DNA of 63,389 nucleotides, filler included, from Hausera hauseri (Eukaryota): NCBI GenBank assembly GCA_046269625.1. It is 11 parts of 11 records of this genome, joined end to end, with 100 filler letters (N's around TTAATTAATTAA, not from the genome) between each part and the next. Parts side by side here need not be neighbours in the genome. Positions count along the whole stretch, not along the records: positions 59,391 to 63,389 come from JBJURY010829416.1; 10 more parts are not named here. One strand, 5' to 3'. Shown piece by piece: positions 63,018 to 63,389 of this stretch (position 1 is its first letter; each line of letters starts with the position of its first letter). The notes under the pieces were generated by a model. It saw only the letters and a program-made list of their open reading frames with translations, ran no database searches and was not told where the DNA came from. The position numbers and the translations under genes were made by a program.

Positions 63018-63389
63018 GACCGTTTGATTGTGGATGATAAGGCATAGTGTGTATATGACGGATTCCCAATCTATTAAGGAGTGATTTCAATAGGTTGGAC
63101 TCGAATTGGGGGCCTTGGTCCAAAATGATAAATCTAGGAGACCCAAACCTGCTGATCCAAGTGCGGATGAAGACATCGGCTATTGTGTCCGTGTTAATGC
63201 CCCGTAGAGGGACAGTTTCTGGCCAACGTGAGGCGCGATTTATCATGGTCAAAATGAATTGATGACCGTTGTCAAGAGGGAGAGGACCGACGATATCTAT
63301 ATGTACAGACTTGAAGCGTGATGTGCAAGGGAAATGATATAGTGGTGGCTTTAGATGTTTTGTGATTTTAAATTTCTGGCAAGCCACGC
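63018..63389 (-). pseudogene. Gypsy integrase fragment (same family as 40936-42069 and 52181-53404)
   Basis: CQKFKITKHLKPPLYHFP, HIDIVGP, DQGPQFES, YHPQSNGL, truncated by the repeat. Confidence 0.9.

Overview
This is not one contiguous locus. It is 11 AT-rich eukaryotic (invertebrate-like) contigs joined by artificial 100-nt spacers (N44-TTAATTAATTAA-N44), so adjacency across spacers is meaningless. The content is mostly decayed mobile DNA: several related Ty3/gypsy LTR retrotransposons, two Polinton/Maverick (adintovirus-type) fragments, two IS630-Tc1-mariner transposase relics, the 3' end of an RLE-type non-LTR retrotransposon, a TIR element and a complex repeat. Host-type sequences are an intact intronless E2 ubiquitin-conjugating enzyme gene and intronless GGA and SLC6 pseudogenes. 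The main candidate novelty is a gypsy family whose Gag carries an in-frame N-terminal ubiquitin-fold domain ending in di-Gly. It is seen in two diverged copies (1112-1345, ~37794-38004) plus a truncated third (6617-6760), suggesting Gag release by a host deubiquitinase/Ubl protease. Other notable items: a gag-knuckle polyprotein with no recognisable pol that carries an internal UBL, an AT-hook and a chuvirus-like glycoprotein start; a Polinton carrying its own TBP homolog with TATAAA boxes before its genes; and a gypsy with a post-integrase membrane protein and a catalytically dead DEDDh exonuclease-like domain. All domain calls are by-eye motif recognition; no database search was run.
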